A DNA stretch of 64,000 nucleotides. Source: Chiloscyllium plagiosum (taxonomy: Eukaryota). The notes under the pieces were generated by a model. The model made no database searches and was not told where the DNA came from. It saw nothing but the letters and a program-made list of their open reading frames with translations. Of this stretch, positions 51,381-64,000 are shown in pieces; position 1 is the first letter of the stretch, and the number at the start of each line of letters is the position of its first letter. The translations under genes and the position numbers were made by a program. Where the stretch lies: assembly GCF_004010195.1 (NCBI RefSeq), contig NC_057719.1, forward strand, positions 26,211,344 through 26,275,343, given 5' to 3'.

Positions 51381-53850
51381 AGTTTACAGAGGAATCTTCA
51401 ACAAGAAATGATGCTGTGAGCTATGGAGAGGCAGTGCCAGCAAATACCCTGAACTGGCCAAAGGATTTTGCCCAAAGCAGCTGGTCACAATGCATATTGG
51501 GTCGTAGTGAGTAGTAATGGAGATAGTGGATGTTGATTGTACCATTCAATGCATATGATGCAGCACCAGAAGAAAATGTCCTGTCCAAATCACAAGGTTG
51601 AACACTGACTTATTGTGCTAAATGTCAAATATGGTCTGCATCCCCACAACAATAGATAAAAACAATGAAGATATATTCTGCCTTTAATGTAGAAAATGCC
51701 TCTGAAGTGCTCCATAGAGATGCAGTTCCCATTTACATCGCCAGTTTCTCAGAAGTTGCTGTGTACCAGAGCCAAGAAATTTGGTTCCATTTTTTATTCT
51801 CTCTCTGTCATTTGTCTTGAGTTGGCTTGTGTTCAAGAACATCAATAGGATAAGTGAGATTCACTGTTTCAAATCGCATTTGCAACAAGGTCTCGTAAGA
51901 TTATGATATTAAAAAAGTACTGACATTTTTCTGCTAGTAAATGTTTTCAGCCCTTTATTGTCAAACATGCCTATAAAGTTCCAAAGGGTTTTTGTAACCA
52001 CTTAAATTTAATTAAAGATCAAAGCAGTGCAATTGTACACTGTGTCATGTGTAGTTTTATATATGGTATTACTTTTACTAACGCTGAAGAAATATTCTGA
52101 TACTTCAATACGCTTTCAGATTGAATTGGAATATGTCAAGTGTGGTAAAGCCAGAAAATATTCCTTTAAGAAAATACTCAGACCTACAGAATAAAAGTGT
52201 TATGATAACAGAATTTATTCAGAAAACACATTCAAATTGTGAAGACTGATTTACAGTGTTACTCATATTGAAAAATTCTTATGCAACTATTAATTATGTT
52301 AAAAACATGTAAACATACAATAATACAGTAACAAAATAGATAAACAAATTCTGCAGCCTACAAGGCATGCTGAATGGTATAATAAAGGAGAGTGATTGTT
52401 TGGAAAAATGTATTTGCACACTGTAGCCTGTACAGTATAACTTGCCATGGTCATGCGACTTGAGGTGTTTGTTTCTATATTGAGGCATGAAAGTGAACAC
52501 CATTAAAACCAAAACATGAAACTGTAAAGGTGAATGCAAAATACAATAAAATTAGGAACCAATACTCTATCTCTACTCAGAGACACCAAATGCATATAAA
52601 TTCATCAAGGTCTAGAAATACTTCTCTGTGTTGTTCACCGCCCAAGCTGTTCTGCTACCTGACAGCCAATCACATAGTTGAGGGAAGGCAGAGGAGCTTT
52701 GTCAATGATAACTGGCCACCAATCAGTTCAATTAGAAACAACGCTTCACCTCCAGTTCATCTGCGCATTGCAAGAACCCACATCCACACAAATGGGGTTC
52801 ATAGCAGGGTATCAAATTCTTTCCTTTCAAAACATACAGCTATCCTTGGAAATCCCTGGGTTTCAAAATAACTTATTTCTCATTTCAGTCCACAGGTTTA
52901 AAAAGTACATGGACACAGTCTTCTCAAGAGGTCAGAATGCACAAGAGGTCAGAATTGGAACACCCGTAGGTAGACAGCATTGTAAAACTGGAGGTGTTTA
53001 CTGTCAAGGGAGAGAATTGAAAACAAGGATCAGAATTTTAAAAGTGAGGCAATGGTGGGTCAGTAGCCATTGCCTCAATTGCAAATTGCATAAAGAATGT
53101 AGAGAAATTGAGGTTGACAGCACAGAAAAAGGCCCTTCAGTCCATCAGATCTGTGCCAGTCAAAAACAAACACCTAACTATTCTCAACACTTGGCCTTAT
53201 GTGCCTTGGTATCACAAGTGCACATCTAAATAGATCTTAGATAAGATGAGGACTAACAGCCACACTCACCGCCAAAACTTGGGAATAGTACATCAAAATA
53301 ATAAGCATGTCTTGTTTCCCAAAGCTGACTCCTTAATCTCATTGTCGTGAGCATGACAATATGACAGTCATATTATGGGAGCCTGTAACATGGGGCTATG
53401 TCTTAAAAGTAGGCAAATTGTGAGTACTCTGTCCTTGGTAACCTTCTTGAGTCCAGAAAATGTCATTTTAATGTGTATAGAAGGTTTACTACCTCGACTG
53501 ACATCACTAGGAATTTGAGGGTGCAAATCATATCTAATGAAGGCTATCCTCCTTTGGAATAACTGTTCATTAAAGCTAACAATTCCATCAGCTTTCTCAG
53601 AGGTGATCAATGTTGACATAACTGAGTAATGCAATTTTGCTAGGAATTCCCCCAATTGATAGCATTCATTTATTCCTTACATGTTCCATTTATCAATAGC
53701 CAAATTTAAACCAAGGGGAACAGATCACTCTGTCACAGTGTGCAATTTATTTGTGTGACAAGCAGCATTGCGTAATGCAAGTAAATTCTCACTCTGATAG
53801 GATCTACCACTGGATCTTTATTTTTACTTAATTTTGTGCTGTCACTAAAG

Positions 53851-53968
53851 TCATAGAATCATAGAACATGGAAACAGACCCTTCGGTTCAACACATGCGC
53901 GCCAACCAAACATCCCAATCTGACTTAATCCCATTTGTCAGCACTTGGCCCATAGCCTTCTGAACCCT
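53851..53968 (-). mobile_element. CR1 3'UTR fragment
   Basis: catagaatcatagaacatggaaacagacccttcgg is the reverse complement of the CR1 tail. Confidence 0.8.
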
Positions 53969-54974
53969 AATAAACTGATTGGCTCTTCCCAAGGCCTCAA
54001 TTACCATTAATGGGTTTCTTCCAGATGTGCCAGAACAAATTCCCAGGTACTGGCCTCATTAATAGCCAACCTCCGCTATCTGTTGAAAGACAATGCTTCT
54101 CCTGGAGTCTCTGTGTCTATCAGAACTCCTTTAATCAAGAGTCAGGTTACAATTAGGCCTCAGGCCAGGCCTGTTCTTTTCCTTTAACTGCAAGGGAAGT
54201 ACAGCAATAATTCCAAAATCCACAAGTCATTTCCAGTCCAATTCAAAATTGATAAAAGAATTTAATAAAAATAATAAAAATTCAGAAAGAATTCTAACAG
54301 CAAACTTTGCAGCAGATGATTATTGCTACTTGAAACAAAATGCCTTATGGTGATAGCAGCCTTTTAAGTTGTGACAGCCATTTACTTTCAATTGTAAACA
54401 GAAAATTAGCCAGAAGATGCATTTTCAATTTGTGCCACTCACTGGAACTACACAAGGTTTTACTGACTCAGCAACTATTCAGGACTGATGCTCAGAGCAT
54501 GATACAAAGTATGCAATACTTATGATCATTTTTCAAAAAATCTTATTGACATTCCTTTCAATGGTTTTAAGTAATTTGCTGTCAGAAATCCACCATTGCC
54601 CTTTCTTTGTTTAGGGCAATCTAGTGATTAATGGATATACTGCCACACAGCACCTACAGAAGGGGCATTAGTCTGAGATAAAAAAAGATTTATTGCATGA
54701 TAATAATAAATATTAGTTCATTTGGTTAGGTATAATTACTAGGATCTTAGGGAGCTGGTATCAATACATCTGCTCCCTCTGAAAGTCAGACTAAAACGGT
54801 TTATCTCTACCTGCTGAATTTGTGTGACATCAGTAGGATGGGTGAAGCCATTATAACATAACTATTAACCTCGTAAGAATCATTACTTTTTACAACATTT
54901 CCCCAAACACCTTTCCCCAGAAATAACCATTTGTACAAGCATGTACATAACTACGTTATAAGTACCATTCCCAC

Positions 54975-56480
54975 CAAGATGTCAGAAATGCAAAAGTCTG
55001 AAGGCATTTGATAAGGTTCCACATCAAAGGGTATTGCAAAAATAAATGCTCATGGTGCGGAGAATAACAAATTGGCACAAGAGAAATTTGGCTGTCTAAC
55101 AGGTAGCAAAGTCTGGGTGAAAATGGATCTTTTTCAGTTTTGCAAGATATAATGAGTGGTTGCCACAGGGATCCATACTGGGAACTCAAATGTTCATAAT
55201 TTCTAAAATGATTAAGGTGGAAGGATGGGAGGTATTGATGCTAAATTTGCTAATGGCACAAAGGTAGATAGGAATGTAAGTAATGAAGAGAACATAAGAA
55301 GATTACAATAAAAATAATAGTTTAATTGAGTGGACAAGGATGTTGCAAATGAGTTGAATGTGGGAAAATGAGAAGTTGTCCACTTTGACAGGAAGCATTA
55401 AAAACAAAAAGGGGTGGCTCAGTGGTTAGCACTGCTGTCCCACAGCACCAGGGATCCAGGTTCAATTCAACCCTCAGGCCACTGTCTATATGGAGCTTGC
55501 ACATTCTCCTTGTGTCTGTGTGGGATTCCTTCCATAGTCCAAAGATGTGCAGGTTAGGTGGATTAGCTGTTCTAAATTTTCCCATCATGTCCAGGGATGT
55601 ATAGTTTAGGTGTGTTAGCCATGGGAAATGCAGGGTGACAGGGAGATGGATCTGGGTGGGATGCTGTTCGGACTGTCAGTGTGAACCCATTGGACCAAAT
55701 GGCCTGTTTACACCCTTTAGGGATTCTATGAAGCATTAATTTAAATGGTGAGGATTTGTGGTTCAGAGATATTGAGTGATCTGGGTGTCCTAATGCATGA
55801 ATCAGTAATGTTATTAGGGAACCACAGCAATAATTAGGAAAGTTAATTGAATATTATCACAAGGGGAAATGAATACAAAAGTGGGGAGTTTCACTTGTTT
55901 TACAGGGCACTGGTGATTATGCATCTGAGAATAGCATACAGTATTGGTCACCTTCTTTATGGAAGGATATAAATCCATTGTTGGCTGGTCAGAGAAGGTT
56001 TGCCAAACTAATACCTGTAATGTATAGGTTGTATTGTGAGGAAAGATTGGAAAGGCTAGACTTGTATCTGTGGGTAGAAGAGGAAATGGCAATTTGATTG
56101 AAACATATAGTATCCGGAACGGTCTTGACAGGCTGGATGTGGAAAGTATGTTTCCTGTTATGGGAGAATCAAGAACTAGAGGTCAGAGTTTAAAAATCAG
56201 GAGTAACTGATTTAAAACAGGGATGAGGTATTTATTTTTTCTCTCAGTGGGTCGTACGTCCTTCAAACTCTCTCCTGGAAAAAGTGGTGGAAGCAAACAC
56301 CTTGAAAATTTGAAAGCAGGGGTAGACAGGCTCTTGTTCAGCAAGAGGTTGAAAGGTTATTGGGGGGCGGAAGGAATATGGACTTGTGGTTAGAATCAGA
56401 TCAGCCATGATCTTATTTATTGGCAAAGCAGACTTGAGGGGCAGAATAGCCTTCTTCTGCTTGTTATTCACATGTTCATA
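54975..56480 (+). mobile_element. Older CR1-clade LINE, RT to 3' end, interrupted by a SINE
   Basis: KAFDKVPH near 55000, KFANGTK near 55245, GESRTRG near 56165. Confidence 0.8.
55411..55730 (+). mobile_element. HE1-type V-SINE
   Basis: Head, core and ggattctatg tail. Confidence 0.9.
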
Positions 56481-56915
56481 TCCTTCTTTAGATAAGGTGA
56501 CCAATATTGGAGACTATGCTCCAGAAGTGATCTCACCATTGCACTCTGAAACATATTTTGTGTTCCATTCCCCTCACAATTAACAATAGCATTCAATTAG
56601 CCGTACCTGCATGCTAGCCTTTTTTAATTCATGCACTAGGACACCCAGATCCCTCTGCATCTCAGCATTCTGCAATCCCCCACCATTTAGAAAATGTGCT
56701 TCATTTTTATTCTTCCTGCTGAAATGGACAAATTCATGTTTCCCACAGTATTCTCCATTTGCCTGATCTTTGTCAATCACTTAACGATCTATGTCCCCTC
56801 ATACTTTCCTTTGACTCCTTAACTTCCTTATCTATCTTTCTGTTGTCAGCAAATTTAGTAACCATATTTTTGACTCCTTCATCAACATTACTGATACAAA
56901 TTGTAAAAGGTAGAG

Positions 56916-57384
56916 CGTTATGGGACCAGGCCAGACCCCCTCAAAATATTTTGAGAAAGTGGCCAAGACCCTAACTTTGCTAGTTGTTTTAAGCAGGTGT
57001 AACAATCCCCATAAACACCCCTTCGCACAAAAGGTAATATCAAACTTAGGGTCTTACAGGGAGATGTCAGAGAGAGAGAGAGAGGAGAATCAGCATGGAC
57101 CCGCTTCTTTGGGCCCAGCAGCTTTTACAACTGCCTGAATGCTTTCAGTGAACAGGCAGACCAAACCAAACTGGAGAAAAGCCAAGCTGGGAGAACTGGC
57201 CACTCGCCTTTCATTGTTTCTTTTTAAACTTAAAAGCCTGTTGCCTGAGGCAGTATCTGTTAGCCATAATCAAACCGTGCCTAAAACCCTTCAATTTAGA
57301 CTTTTCGGAGTCCGTGTCTTTTACAACCTCTCTGAAAGAAAAACAAGGATGGCATAACCTCATTAAGGGAGCAGCATCATCACA
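56916..57384 (-). mobile_element. Solo LTR with AGAG TSD, in a minus-strand CR1 fragment (about 56580-57400)
   Basis: agag|cgttatggg...catcaca|agag; left end similar to the 31542 LTR; strand inferred from that copy. Confidence 0.8.
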
Positions 57385-57534
57385 AGAGGTCCCAGCGTGT
57401 GATACAAGAATCATTACATCTCGCCAACTGAAAAAAGACCTATTTAAAAATTCTGTATGCCCTTCTGGCTAGAAAATCTTCTATTCATGCCAATACATTG
57501 CATACTCCACTATGAGCTTTTATTTTCTGTGATA

Positions 57535-60500
57535 GTTTCTGTGGCCAGCAGTGAAAAATCAGAATGGTGTGTTGCTTCCCTGGTGTCAGGATCAAGGATG
57601 TCTCAGAGAGGCTGCAGAATGTTCTCACGGGGGAGAGGGGCCAGCAGGAGGTCATTGTCCACATTGGAACCAACAACATAGGAAGGGAAAAAGTTGTGAT
57701 TCTGAAGGGAGATTACAGAAAATTAGGCAGGAATTTAAAAAGGAGGCCCTCAAGAGTAGTAATATCTGGATTACTTCCAGTGCTATGAGCTAGAGGGGGC
57801 AGGAATAGGGGGATAGAGCAGATGAATGCATGGCTGAGGAACTAATGTATGGGAGAGGGACTCACATTTTTGGATCATTGGAAGGTGTTTTGGGGTAGAA
57901 GTGACCTGTACAAGAAGGATGGATTGCACCTAAATTGTAAGGGGACTAATATACTGGCAGATTTGCTAGAGCTGCTTGGGATGATTTAAACTAGTAAGGT
58001 GGCGGGGGGGAGAGCGGGATAGGACCCAGAGAGACAGTGAGGAAAGAGATCAATCTGAGACTGGTACAGTTGAGAATAGACATGAGTCAAACAGTCAGGG
58101 CAGGCAGGAACAAGGTAGGACTAATAAATTAAACTGCATTTATTTCAATGCAAGGGGCCGAGCAGGGAAGGCAGATTAACTCAGGGCATGGTTAGGAATA
58201 TGGGACTGGGATATCATAACAATTATAGAAACATGGCTCAGGGAGTAGCAGCTTAATATTCCAGAATAAAAATGCTACAGGAAGGACAGAAAGGGAGGCA
58301 AGAGAGGAGAAGGAGTGGTGTTTTTGATAAGGGATAGCATTACAGCTGTGCTGAGGGAGGATATTCCTGGAAATACATTCAGGGAAATTATTTGGTTGGA
58401 ACTGAGAAATAAGAAAGGGATGATCACCTTATTGGGATTGTATTATAGACCCCCAAATAGTCAGAGGGAAATTGAGAAACAAATTTGTAAGGAGATCTCA
58501 GCTATCTGTAAGAATAATGAGTGGTTATGATAGGAGATTTTAACTTTCCAAACATAGACTGAGACTGCCATAGTATGAAGGGTTTAGATGGAGAGGAATT
58601 TGTTAAATGTGTACAAGATTATTTTCTGATTCAGTATTTTCTGATGTACCTACTAAAGAATGTGCAAACCTTGACCTACTCTTGGGAAATAAGGCAGGGC
58701 AGGTGACTGAGGTGTCATTAGGGGAGCTCTTTGGGGCCAGAGACCATAATTCTATTAGATTTAAAACACTGATGGAAAAGGATAGACCACATCTAAAAGT
58801 TGAAGTTCTAAATTGGAGAACGGCCAATTTTGACGGTATGAGGCAAGAACTTTCAATTTTTGGGTGGCACGGTGGCACAGTGGTTAGCACTGTTGCCTCA
58901 CAGCGCCAGAGACCTGGGTTCAATTCCCGCCTCAGGCGACTGACTGTGTGGAGTTTGCACGTTCTCCCCGTGTCTACGTGGGTTTCCTCCGGGTGCTCCG
59001 GTTTCCTCCCACAGTCCAAAGATATGCAGGTCAGGTGTATTGGCCATGCTAAATTGCCCGTAGTGTTAGGTAAGGGGTAAATGTAGGGGTATGGGTGGGT
59101 TGCGCTTCAGTGGGTCGGTGTGGACTTGTTGGGCCGAAGGGCCTGTTTCCACACTGTAATCTAATCTAATCTAATCTAATCTAAAAGCTGATTGGGGGCA
59201 GATGTTCGCAGGTAAAGGGATGGCTGGAAAATGGGAAGCGTCCAGAAATGAGGTAACAAGAGAAAGTATATTCCTGTTAGGGTCAAAGAAAAGGCTTGTA
59301 GGTATAGGGAATGTTGGAAGACAAAAAAAAAATTGAGGGTTTGATTAAGAAAAAGAAGGAAGCATATGTCAGGTATAGATAGGATAGATCGAGTGAATCC
59401 TTAGAAGAGTATAAAGGCAGTAGGAGTATACTTAAGAGGGAAATCAGGAGGGTAAAAAGGGGACATGAGATAGCTTTCGCAAATAAAATTAAGGAGAAGC
59501 CAAAGGGTTTTTACAAATACATTAAGGACAAAAGGGTAACTAGGGAGAAAATAGGACCCCTCAAAGATCAGCAAGGCAGCCTTTACGTGGAGGCTCAGAA
59601 AATGGGGGAGATACTAAATGAGTATTTTGCATCAGTATTTACTGTGGAAAAGGACATGGAAGATATAGAATGTAGGGAAATAGATGGTGACATCTTGCAA
59701 AATGTCCAGATTACAGAGGAGGAAGTGCTGGATGTCTTGAAACACATAAAGGTGGATAAATCCCCAGAACCTGAACAGGTGTATTCTAGAACACTGTGGG
59801 AAGCTAGAGAAATGATTGCTGGGCCTCTTGCTGAGATATTTGTATCATCGATAGTCACAGGTGAGGTGCCGGAAGACTGGAGGTTGGCTAACATGGTGCC
59901 ACTGTTTAAGAAGGGTGGTAAAGACAAGCCAGGGAACTATAGACCGGTGAGCCTGACCTCGGTGGTGGGCAGGTTGTTGGAGGGAATCCTGAGGGACAGG
60001 AGGTACATGTATTTGGAAAGGCAAGAACTGATTCAGGATAGTTAACGGAGCTTTGTGCGTGGGAAATCATGTCTCACAAACTTGATTGTTTTTTGAAAAA
60101 GTAACAAAGAGGATTGATCAGGGCAGAGCAGTAGATGTGATCTATATGGACTTCAGTAAGGCGTTCGACAAGGTTCCCAATGGGAGACTGATTAACAAGG
60201 TTAAATCTCACAGAATACAGGGAGGACTAGCCATTTGGATGCAGAACTGGCTCAAAGTAGAAGACAGAGGGTGGTGGTGGAGGGTTGTTTTTCAGATTGG
60301 AGGCCTGTGACCAGTGGAGTGCCATAAGGATCGGTGCTGAGTCCACTACTTTTTGTCATTTATATAAATGATTTGGATGTGAGCATAAGGGGTATAATTC
60401 GTAAGTTTGCAAATGACACCATCACTGGAGGTGTAGTGGACAGCGAAGGAGGTTATCTCAGATTACAACAGGATCTTGATCAAATGAGCCAATGGACTGA

Positions 60501-61330
60501 GAAGTGGCAGATGGAGTCTAATTCAGATAAATGTGAGGTGCTACATTTAGGGAAAGGAAATCTTAGCAGGACTTACACAGTTAATGGTAAGGTCCTAGGG
60601 AGTATTGCTGAACAAAGAGACCTTAGAGTACAGGTTCATACTCCTTGAAAGTGGATACATAGGTAGATAGGATAGTGAAGAAGGCATTTGGTAAGTTTTC
60701 ATTTATCGGTCAGAGTATTGAGTACAGGAGTTGGGAGGTCATATTGCGGCTGTACAGGACTTTGGTTAGACCACTGTTAGAATATTGCGCGCAATTCTGG
60801 TCTCCTTCCTATCGGAAAGATGTTGTGAAACTTGAAAGGGTTCGGGAAAGGTTTACAAGGATGTTCCAGAGTTGGAGGATTTGAGCTATAGGGAGAGCCT
60901 GAATAGGCTGAGGCTGTTTTCTCTGGAGCGTCAGAGGCTGAGGGGTGACCTTATAGAGGCATATAAAAATTATGAAGAGCATGGATAGGATTAATAGACA
61001 AAGTCTTTTCCCTGGGGTCAGGGAGTCCAGAACTAGAGGGCATAGGTTTAGGGTGAGAGGGGAAAGATATAAAAGAGACTTCAGGGGCAACTTTTTCACG
61101 CAGAGGGTGGTACATGTATGGAATGAGCTGCAAGAGGAAGTAGTGGAGGCTGGTACAATTGCAACATTTAAAAGGCAGTTGGATGGGTATGTGAATAGGA
61201 AGGGTTTGCAGGGATATGGGCCGGGTGCTGGCAGGTGGGACTAGATTGGGTTGGGATATTTGGTCGGCATGGATAGGTTGGACCAAAGGGCCTGTTTCCG
61301 TGTTGTACATCTCTATGACTACGACTCTAT
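57535..61330 (+). mobile_element. Near full-length CR1/HER1 LINE (ORF1 esterase remnant, endonuclease, RT, 3' tail), inactivated
   Basis: VCCFPGVRIKDV...VIVHIGTNNIG (SGNH-like); GLYYRPP, GDFNFP, LDLLL..DHN (APE); RT motifs; tail; multiple stops. Confidence 0.95.
58862..59183 (+). mobile_element. Young HE1-type V-SINE inserted in the CR1
   Basis: Many CpGs retained, (taatc)n tail; CR1 rejoins as gaactttcaa|aagctgattgg. Confidence 0.95.
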
Positions 61331-61824
61331 AACCTTTGCCATGGCAGCTTATAAAATGCTTCATTCAAAGCACATATTCTTTCCTCAGAGAACCCAATAA
61401 TCAGTTAAAAATGATTTTCTATCACAAAACCATGCTATTTCTTGACTGACCACCTTGAATGTTCGTCAGTGTCCTGCTTTAACATATTTATTCACGGTTT
61501 CTAACATCTTTCCTGTTAGAGATTTTACAGTAGATTCCTGATATTGGGTCTCCCATCCTTTCTTAAGTAAAGGAGTTCCAATCACCATTATTCATTCTCA
61601 TGAAACATCTCTTGAACCTGTGAAATTTTGGAAAATTACAATCAATTCACCAACCATCTCCAAGCCATTTCTTTTAAGATCCGAGGAAGATGTATTTCAG
61701 GACTGAGGGACTTGTCAGAGTGGAAACATTGAGGCTAACAAAGTGGATGCTTTTATTCCAGCACCTGTATTGACACCGCTAAGCCATGTTACACTGATGC
61801 AGCCCATGTTCATATAGATAGACA

Positions 61825-62280
61825 ATACAAAATAGCCAGAGGAGACCATTCAGCCTTGAGTTTGCTCCACCATTCAAGAGCGTCATGGCTGATCTGACAC
61901 TGCTCACGTCCACTTTCCTGCCCTTTCCCTGTAACCTTTGGTTCCCCTCCTTATCAAGACTATATCTATCCTAGCCTTAAATATACACAAGGACTCCNNN
62001 NNNNNNNNNNNNNNNNNNNNNNNNNNNNNNNNNNACACAGTTCTTTGCAGCAAGTTACAAAGACTCACAACCTTCTGAGAGAAGAAATTCCTCCTCATAT
62101 CAGTCTTAAATTGTTGCACTTTTATTCTGAGCCTATGCCCTCTGGTCTTAGACTCTCCTATGAGGGGAAACATCCTCTCAAGCATTTACCCTATCCAGCC
62201 CCTTAAGAATCTCATGTTTCAATTCGATCACCTCTCATTCTTCTAAACTCCAGTGGGTAGAGTCACAACCTGTTTAACGT
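61825..62280 (-). mobile_element. CR1-clade LINE 3' fragment
   Basis: ERMFPLIGESKTRGHRLRIK...RRNFFSQKVVSL. Confidence 0.85.
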
Positions 62281-63071
62281 ATGTTCTTTGGCAATCCTTT
62301 CAGTCCAGTGGTGGAACTTTCTCAGAACTGTCTTTTATCTTACTTTAGGGGACTGAAACTACAATTTCCCTAAATTCCAGATATTACAGATCGGTAAAGT
62401 CTAAATGAACTCATTCACTGCAGCAGATGCAGCTTGTAATCATGTCACTCCTGGGTATTAAAAAATAAGATTGCTGAGTTTGTTGAATTTGCAGCATTTC
62501 GATGGCACTGATCATTTCTGGCACAATCTGGCTGTAGTTATTAATAACCATGCCTGGAAGAAACCTCTATTTTTTTCCATCAACTCTATCAAGCATTATG
62601 CTCTCAAATCAAGTACTTTCAGTCCAACTCATGCACTCATTTTACAATGTGAAAAAGCTGACTGGCACTGTAATCTCGCACAAAGGCATTAATCAAGCTA
62701 CATTTTGAAGAAAATGTCTTATAATTCTTCAGGAAATTCTCACATGCTCTTCTGAATAATAATATTCTTTATCCCATTGCATGTGGTGGTCACCTGTGTA
62801 ACTTCAAGTGCTGTCTTTGTAACAGAGAGCCACTGATCCTGGTTTAACGACCTCTGTTTGTCGGCCTTAGCATTTGACCTTGGTAAGTTCTAAATGGATA
62901 GGTTCTCGTTGAAACCCTTAGGGAGCCAAAATCAACAGTTTTTTATGCTCTTTCCATGCAGATTCCAGTGGACTCCTGAGGAGTCAGTCCCTTAGCCATC
63001 AATTTCTCTTCTGACCACACCCCCCCTCCCTCCCTCCCACGCCACCCCTCCCCACCCCACCAACCCAATCG

Positions 63072-63408
63072 CCAGCATGGTGGCACAGTGTTAGCACTAC
63101 TGCCTTACAGTGCCAGGGTCCCAGGCTCAAGTCCACCTGTGAGTAACTGTCTGTGTGGAGTTTGCACATCCTCCTGTGTTTGTGTGAATTTCCTCTGGGG
63201 GCTCCAGTTTCCTCCCACAGTCCAAACAATGTGCAGGTTGGGTGGATTATCCATGCCAAATTGCTCACAGTGTCCAGGGATGTGTAGATTCACCACAGGA
63301 AATGCAGGGTTATGGGGGTGGGGTGGGTTTGGTTGGGAAGGTCTTTGGAGGATAAGTGTAGACTCAATGTGTCAAATGGCCTGCATCTACGCTGTACAGA
63401 TTCTATCT
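63072..63408 (+). mobile_element. HE1-type V-SINE, diverged
   Basis: Head, tgtgtggagtttgcaca core, gattctat tail. Confidence 0.85.
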
Positions 63409-63492
63409 GCCTTTCTGTTTGAATGTGATTTGGTGATGCAATTTCCTATTTTAAAGTGACAATATAAATGTATGTTACTGTTAAAAATTGAG

Positions 63493-64000
63493 GGGGGCAT
63501 GGTGGCTCAGTGGTTAACACTGCTGCCTCAGAGCGCCAGGGATCTGGGTTCAATTCCAGCCTTGGGCAAATGTCTGTGTGGAGTTTGTACATTCTCCCCA
63601 TGAGAGAAAGTGTAACTGCAGATGTTGGAGAGTCAGAGCCAAAAAGTGTGGCGCTGGAAAAACATAGCAGGTCAGGCATATCTGAGGAGGAGTTTTGACA
63701 TTTCAACATAAGGCCTTCCTGATGACTTTCCTATTGCTCAGATGCTGTCTGACCTGTGTGCTTTTCCAGCACCACACTGTTTGATTCCCATTTTCTCCTC
63801 ATGTCTGCATGGGTTTCTTCTGGGTGCTCCATTTTCCTCCCACAATCCAAAGATATGCAGGTTTGGGTGGATTGGCCATGCTAAATTGTGTGTCTGTGGA
63901 TGTGTAGGTTAGGTGGATTAGCCATGGGGAATGCAGGGCTGCAGGGCTAGGGTCAGGGGGTGAGTCTGGGTGGGATGCTCTTCGAAGACTTGGTGTCGAT
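63493..64000 (+). mobile_element. HE1-type V-SINE interrupted by a fold-back PLE element; runs off the window
   Basis: SINE head 63493-63602, resuming near 63793. Confidence 0.88.
63603..63792. mobile_element. Fold-back PLE-derived element with about 11-bp TSD
   Basis: Arms agtgtggcgctggaaaa / ttttccagcaccacact; ttctcc(c/t)catg at 63592-63602 and 63793-63803. Confidence 0.78.

Noticed and set aside
52678-53229. 183-aa ORF in mostly non-repeat DNA
   Set aside because: Non-ATG start, no recognisable domain, and the 3' part overlaps a reverse CR1-like tail.

Overview
Eukaryotic non-coding DNA from a cartilaginous fish, probably an orectolobiform shark (inferred from HE1-type V-SINEs and HER1/CR1 LINEs). 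I found no host protein-coding exon, rRNA or CRISPR array; the ORF track is transposon debris, antisense ORFs or ORFs running through six N gaps. Contents: many CR1 LINE fragments (one near full length), seven HE1-type SINEs, two different Gypsy LTR-retrotransposon remnants abutting across a gap, three solo LTRs, two Penelope-like (PLE) families, Tx1, L2-like and Harbinger remnants, a pogo/Tigger-like MITE and a decayed tRNA-Glu copy. The most notable signals are (i) short, mostly fold-back PLE-derived insertions carrying minimal hammerhead-ribozyme cores, several with 11-17 bp target-site duplications (TSDs); (ii) two locally templated inverted insertions; (iii) a MITE inserted in the TATA box of a solo LTR. 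Family names come from motif recognition, not database searches, and many boundaries are approximate.
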